This document shows positions 28,624 through 64,000 of a stretch of 64,000 nt of DNA, one piece after another; position 1 is the stretch's first letter, and each line of letters starts with the position of its first letter. The stretch is from Eledone cirrhosa (lineage: Eukaryota): positions 248,001-312,000 of the forward strand of contig OZ024761.1 of the NCBI GenBank assembly GCA_964016885.1. Reading direction: 5' to 3'. Below the pieces are notes generated by a model that saw nothing but the letters and a program-made list of their open reading frames with translations, had not been told where the DNA came from and ran no database searches. Both the position numbers and the translations under genes were made by a program.

Positions 28624-28657
<34 letters not shown>

Positions 28658-28677
28658 TTATATATATGTATATATGT

Positions 28678-28708
<31 letters not shown>

Positions 28709-28813
28709 ATATATATATATATAATATATATATATATATAAACATATGTATGCTTATATATATGTATATATGTTTATATATATATGTATATATAATTATA
28801 TATGCTTATATAT

Positions 28814-28847
<34 letters not shown>

Positions 28848-29307
28848 ATTTATATATGCTTATATATATATGTGCATATATATATATATATGTATGTATA
28901 TATATATACACATATATATATGTATGTATATATATACGCGCATACACATGTCTGTGTGTCTGTGCTTGCGCATGAAGTGTGTTTATTAGAAGCCAAAACT
29001 TCTTGAATCGTAACCATGAACTAGGGTGGCTGTGTGACAATGTATAAATATGTCTCCGCAAACACATCTAAAGATGACTTATCAGCACGCTCACATACAC
29101 TAACACATTCACACACACACACACATATATAGACATATATATATATATATATATATGTTTATATATTTATATATATATATATATATATATAGACATATAT
29201 ATATATAGACATATATATATATATATATATATATAGACATATATATATATATATATATATATAGACATATATATATATATATATAGACATATATATATAT
29301 ATATATA

Positions 29308-29345
<38 letters not shown>

Positions 29346-29378
29346 CATATATATATATATACATATAAATATATATAT

Positions 29379-29433
<55 letters not shown>

Positions 29434-29524
29434 TATATAGACATATATATATATATATAGACATATATATATATATATATAGACATATATATATATAGAC
29501 ACACACATATATATATATATATAG

Positions 29525-29719
<195 letters not shown>

Positions 29720-30046
29720 TTCTTTTGGTAACCTATTAAATCTATATGTACAGCAGACTAATCATATTTCAATGTGTTTGCAAATATATTTCCATCTATA
29801 TTGACAGGGTGTCTTTGTTTCTACTATTTTATCAAGTGTTTGAATAATCGGTAACATGGGTTACTCTTCAAGAATCTTTAGCTTCTATAAAAAAAAATAT
29901 ATACGCTTTATTTTATGTACGGAGTAGTTATTTACCCATTTGCAAGCACACACACACACACACACATCCCTTATGCTATATATATATATATATTTATATA
30001 TGTACTGTATATATATATATATATATGCAGACACACATGTAACTCC

Positions 30047-30099
<53 letters not shown>

Positions 30100-30187
30100 G
30101 GTATATATATATATATATATACATATATATATGCAGACACACATGTAACTGCGTATATAAATATATATATAGATATATATATATATA

Positions 30188-30244
<57 letters not shown>

Positions 30245-31158
30245 AGCACACACTAACATATATATATATCTGTCTATATATATATAGGTACACATATATA
30301 TTAGCATATATACATATTTATGTGTGCACGTGTGTGTGTACATGCGTATGTATATATACATATGCACACATACTCACTAACAAACACTCACACATGCATC
30401 ACCAAGTGTTCTATCAATAACAAGTGCAGATACTGCAATCACGTTAAAATCTAGTAAAAATATAGTCATCATCATCATCACATCACATCATCACCGTCGT
30501 CATCATCACCATCATCATCATCACATCACCGTCGTCATCATGTTCATCATCATCATTATCACCATCACCGTCACCATCATCACTATGTCTGACGTTAGCC
30601 GTTAACATTACACTGTCTTCATTTGACCATGTGACCATTTACAGAATGAGTTGTGTCCCTGGAATAAGTTCAGTGATCTCTAACCTTACGTCATACGTGA
30701 AGCCATAACTTCCGGCTACACATGCAACGAAACCGGGTAATTTTTGTAGGATTTGATTAGTAAATGTTTTTTTTTTTTAGTTTTTTTTTTTTAGTTTGTT
30801 TTTGGCTTTTGTTTTTGTTTGATTTTGATTTTGTTTGTTTTTGTTTTTGTTCCTAGGATTCCGTGTGATAGAATTTAAAAGTGAAACCGAATCCGCCATC
30901 TTGATAATCTGCAGTGTAGAAGTGAGTGACGTCACTAATCAGTTCAGTACCCCCCCCCCCTCCCTCCAACACCAACACCCCCATCACTATCACCACCACT
31001 CCACGCCGTCCCCCCACCCCCCGCAAAGCCAAGAACGCCTCCAATTCTAAGATCGGTGACGTTTGTTCGGCGTATGTATTTGGTGACGTCATTAACTCGA
31101 ACAGTGGCAGCGGTAGATTCGTGATGTCATAAACGTCTCTTCCTCTCTCTCTCTCTCT

Positions 31159-31297
31159 TGCTTCCACCCCCTCTCTCATGCTTCCACCCCCTATCTCATG
31201 CTTCCACCCCCTCTCTCATGCTTCCACCCCCTCTCTCATGCTTCCACCCCCTCTCTCATGCTTCCACTCCCTCTCTCTTGCTTCCACCCCCTCTCTC
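31159..31297. repeat. 20-bp minisatellite, about 7 copies
   Basis: Unit tgcttccaccccctctctca. Confidence 0.9.
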
Positions 31298-31386
31298 TCT
31301 CACTTCCACCCAACTCTCCCTCGCTCCCACCCCTCTCTCTCTTCACCCGTCTCACTCTCTCGCTCCCACCCCACTCTCTCTTCACC

Positions 31387-31426
<40 letters not shown>

Positions 31427-31571
31427 ACGCTTCACCCGTCTCTCTCTCTCTCACTCGTAGATTAGCGACATCAGCCATTCCAGATATGATCCGAGTGACC
31501 TGTAGATGCCAATAGTCCATTCTGAGTAACAATTCCTGAAGCTACCATTCTAGTGACGTCACCCATGTCCC

Positions 31572-31641
<70 letters not shown>

Positions 31642-32011
31642 AAAATTTCGCTCTATATGGCTGAATATAATAAATGTAATCTGAGTTTTTCGAATATTAA
31701 AATTAACATTCGTTTGCAATTATGCAAACAAGCCTATATTTTATAGCCATGTCAGTAGAATGAGCCCTTCATTCTTGCTCTTGTGTTGGCATGCGAACAG
31801 TGGCATGCCAACACAAGAGCAAGAATGAAGGGCTCATTCTACTGACATGGCTATAAAATTGAGGCTTGTTTGCATAATTGCAAACGAATGTTAATTTTAA
31901 TATTCGAAAAACTCAGATTACATTTATTATATATATATATATATATATGTATACATACGTGTATATATGTATATATAAGTATACATATGTGTATATATGT
32001 ATATATATACA

Positions 32012-32217
<206 letters not shown>

Positions 32218-32482
32218 TTATATGTGTATATATATATGTGTATATATATGTGTATATATATATATATATACATATATGTATATATAGTATATATATATAT
32301 ATATATATATATGCATACATATGTATATATGTGTATACCTATGTATATATGTGTACATATATATGTATATATATATATATATATATGTATATACATGTAC
32401 ATATATGTGTATATACATGTGTAATATATATGTGTATATATCTATATGTATATATATGTGTATACATGTGTATATATATGTG

Positions 32483-32577
<95 letters not shown>

Positions 32578-32589
32578 TATGTATTTATA

Positions 32590-32627
<38 letters not shown>

Positions 32628-32893
32628 TTGTGTATGTGTGTGTTGGGGCAGGGGGATGGACGTTAACAAGATGCTTCTGAGTGTGTTTCGTGGCCTTTCG
32701 GCAATTCACGCCGGCCATCGTTTCGTTCTCCGTTGATTAGCGACGTCACCGCTCGACTGTGAGGATAAGAGGAGAATATTATGACGTCATGAATCGGTTT
32801 CGTGTGGAAAAAAAAGTATGACGTCACAACACTGGTTCTAGTCGGGGATTTGTGACGTCACTAATCCTGGTTAGGAGTTGTGAGGGTGCGGGA

Positions 32894-60451
<27,558 letters not shown>

Positions 60452-60493
60452 CTGCACAAGAGATTTAGATAAATGGGAGATTTATTAGCATAT

Positions 60494-60798
60494 GGTGTGA
60501 TGGCAGAGATGGAGGGCATATGTGAAGTTAGTACACGTGACCTGGTGTAATGGTAGAGATAGAGGGCATATGTGAAGTTAGTACACGTGACCTGGTGTAA
60601 TGGTAGATATGGAAGGCGATATGTGAAGTTAGTACACGTGACCTGGTGTAATGGTAGATATGGAAGGCGATATGTGAAGTTAGTACACGTGACCTGGTGT
60701 AATGGTAGGGATGGAAGGGGATATGTGAAGCTAGTACACGTGACCTGGTGTAATGGCGGATAAGAAAGGGATATGTGAAGTTAGTACACGTGACCTGG
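60494..60798. repeat. 50-51-bp minisatellite, 6 copies, each with CACGTG
   Basis: Unit tatgtgaagttagtacacgtgacctggtgtaatggtagatatggaaggcga. Confidence 0.92.
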
Positions 60799-61101
60799 CT
60801 TGAGTACAGCAGATTTCTTCCAGAGAATAATAGTGAGGGTGAAAGAGAGGAGCGAGGAAGAGATATAGAGGGAGAATTGATCCCAGTGCTTGACTAGCAC
60901 TTTTCTTTATCGAGTTCGAATGGATGAAAGGTAAAGTTGACCTCGAGAAAAAATACTACAAAGTAACATTTAAAGTTCTAATTATTGTCATAAAAATCCT
61001 GGGAGCAGCTGGCTTTGAAAGGGACCCGATGGGGCACCGTCATTGTTAATGACGCAAGAATCTCGCACGAGAACAGAGATCCGGAACGAATACTATAAAG
61101 C

Positions 61102-61970
61102 ATTCTATCTGACGTTCTAACCACTCTACCATTCTATCTTACCTTCTAACCACTCTGCCATTCTATCTGACGTTCTAACGACTCTACCATTCTATCTGAC
61201 GTTCTAACAACTCTACCATTCTGTATGACGTTCTAACGACTCTACCATTCTAGCTGACGTTCTAACCACTCTACCATTCTATCTGACCTTCTAACCACTC
61301 TGCCATTCTATCTGACGTTCTAACCACTCTGCCATTCTATCTGACGTTCTAACGACTCTACCATTCTATCTGAGATTCTAACGACTCTACCATTCTATCT
61401 GACGTTCTAACAACTCTACCATTCTATCCAACATTCTAACAACTCTACCATTCTATCCGACGTTCTAACAACTCTACCATTATACCTGACGTTCTAACAA
61501 CTCTACCATTCTATCCGACGTTCTAACGACACTACCATTCTATCTGACGTTCTAACAACTCTACCATTCTGTCTGACGTTCTAAGGACTCTACCATTCTG
61601 TATGACGTTCTAACGACTCTGCCATTCTATCTGACCTTCTAACCACTCTGCCATTCTATCTAACGTTCTAACGACTCTACCATTCTAGCTGACGTTCTAA
61701 CCACTCTACCATTCTATCCGACGTTCTAACCACTCTACCATTCTATCTGACGTTCTAACCACTCTGCCAATCTATCCAACGTTCTAACCACTCTACCATT
61801 CTATCCGACGTTCTAATGACTCTACCATTCTATCTGACGTTCTAAGGACTCTACCATTCTATCTGACGTTTTAACAACTCTACCATTCTATCCGACATTC
61901 TAACAACTCTACCATTCTATCTGACGTTCTAACCACTCTACCATTCTATCTGACGTTCTAACCACTCTGT
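61102..61970. repeat. 29-bp minisatellite, about 30 copies, inside a SINE head
   Basis: Unit ttctatctgacgttctaaccactctacca. Confidence 0.92.
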
Positions 61971-62130
61971 CAATTTGCCGCCTTAAAAGTAAACTTCATG
62001 AAATACAAAATGTAAGACAAGACAAGACGGAAAAGCAAATGTTTTAATCTTAACAAAAATCGTCCTTAGTTAACGATGTGCTCTCTCTCTTCATCTTGTC
62101 CTCTTTCTCTTTTTCCCTCTCTCTCTCTCA

Positions 62131-62207
<77 letters not shown>

Positions 62208-62614
62208 TCTCTCTCTCTCTATAATGGACTACTGGCTTTTGAATCTAGCTATCCTTTTAGCACTGACGGAGACCAACACTAATTTATTAATGTCGATGTA
62301 GTTTTTTATATCGAAATTAAATGGGCATCCACCCGCTTGTGTGTATATCTATGGATTATATACAAGTTTCTACATAACCTGGACATTATTTATCCCAAAT
62401 TGTAGAAATCTTATAACGAAACGATCGTATGGAAGGAAAGAGAGATTTATTTAATTGTCTCATATAAAATAATACAACCAGCTATCCACGGAATACTGTA
62501 TAGTTAGCAGCCCAAACACTAAATTGGGATAATACTTAGGTATATCCTAATGTTTGTTGAGTGAGATGGAGTTGGTCAGAGTATCGCTTAAAGCTTTCTC
62601 TGTTAATGTATTAA

Positions 62615-62665
<51 letters not shown>

Positions 62666-63112
62666 GTTATACTTGGGGAGGGTCATATTTGTGTAATATT
62701 GCCAGAATTAATAACAGAACACACTCACTGTTTGGTTGGTTTTCGCTTCTCGCTGTCTTTTATATCGGTAATCTAACTTACTCGGTCCTCAATGTTGCCA
62801 TTGACTGACCAACGGTCAAAAATAATACAGATACAATATAGACACAAACACACATATATATAGTTTATGATAAACTATATATATGTGTTTGTGTCTATAT
62901 TGTATCTGTAATATATTGACCGTTGGTCAGTCAATGGCAACATTGAGGACCGAGTAAGTTAGATTACCGATATAAAAGAGAGCGAGAAGCGAAAACCAAC
63001 CAAACAGTGAGTGTGTTCTGTTATTAATTCTGGCAATATTACACAAATATGACCCTCCCCAAGTATAACAATATTTGTTTCGACACACGATTTCATATAA
63101 AAAACCTCGCAA

Positions 63113-63146
<34 letters not shown>

Positions 63147-63784
63147 TCTTATGAATTCCTCTACGTTCCTAAGAGAGAGAAGAAAAAACTCAACTATCTA
63201 ATTCTCTTCTACAAAATATACTTTAGCAGCAACAGCAACAACAGCACCATTCTGCTCGAGAAGACATCGTACAGAAGCCATTATATCAGGGACTGGTTAC
63301 CCTTTGTCTGTAGTGCTGATGGTCTCGTTCCAGTCATTTTCGGGGGGGGGGGGATTACGTATAGAATTATTTATACACAAACACACATTATATAGAAAGA
63401 CATAAAATATGTAAATATGATGTGCAGCGTGTGTGAGCGTATTGGTGGGTGTGTAGTGGAGTATATATATATATGTATATATATATTTGTACGTAGATTT
63501 GTAAACAATATACATTACATATATATATATTCATAAATAAATATTGCACGCAAGTTTGTGGTTTTTTTTTATGTATATACATGTATGAATACACACACAC
63601 ACACACGCGCGCATATATATTATATATACACACACATATAAATATATATACTCACACATACATATATATATATATATAAATACACACACGCATGTATATC
63701 TATATATACATATATACACGTATATATATATATAAATCACACACAGACACACACACATATTTATATATATATATATATATACAT

Positions 63785-63827
<43 letters not shown>

Positions 63828-63906
63828 CGATATAAATACTTGGTGAGTGTTTTTATATCAGTTATAAATATTTACTAGTTGTAACCCAACAATTTAAATA
63901 TAACTT

Positions 63907-63937
<31 letters not shown>

Positions 63938-64000
63938 GCGTAGCTTTATAAACATTATACATTACATAATAATATTTATGTTAGCTGTTACGGAATTTCA

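Noticed and set aside
29907-29912. AATAAA on the minus strand as the PKG poly(A) signal
   Set aside because: Plausible but one of many such hexamers in AT-rich DNA; it cannot be assigned without transcript data
61102-61970. CRISPR-like appearance of the 29-bp repeats (also 46153-47240 and 60494-60798)
   Set aside because: The units are contiguous or separated only by (TA)n, with no unique spacers, no cas genes and a eukaryotic context
63301-63345. Possible upstream PKG exon (NDWNETISTTDKG|gtaacc, phase 2)
   Set aside because: No resemblance to the PKG leucine zipper or pseudosubstrate region, and no convincing acceptor or start

Overview
Eukaryotic, extremely microsatellite-rich DNA ((TA)n, (CA)n, (GA)n, (TATG)n, (AAC)n) with many copies of a tRNA-headed SINE. 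The repeat landscape suggests a coleoid cephalopod, probably Octopus (inference). Almost all entries in the ORF track are microsatellite artefacts. The one clear host gene is a cGMP-dependent protein kinase (PKG, PRKG1/foraging-like) on the minus strand. I assembled 16 GT-AG coding exons between 60451 and 32894 (1804 nt, frame-consistent, about 600 aa) covering CNB-A, CNB-B, kinase and AGC C-terminus; I did not find the N-terminal leucine-zipper exon(s) in the window. The rest is transposon debris: a near full-length R4/Dong-like RLE LINE in (TATG)n, a Penelope-like GIY-YIG fragment, CRE, RTE, mariner and hAT remnants, MITEs, SINEs and minisatellites. The most unusual signal is a set of short elements at (TA)n tracts, often fold-back palindromes, that carry type I hammerhead ribozyme motifs with palindromic stem III loops. 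They fall into three or four families, and one copy has the compensatory U3-A8 core. Other notable items are six perfect CRE sites downstream of the PKG stop, an inverted SINE pair around two in-frame kinase exons, and minisatellites built from a splice acceptor, an E-box and a SINE A-box.
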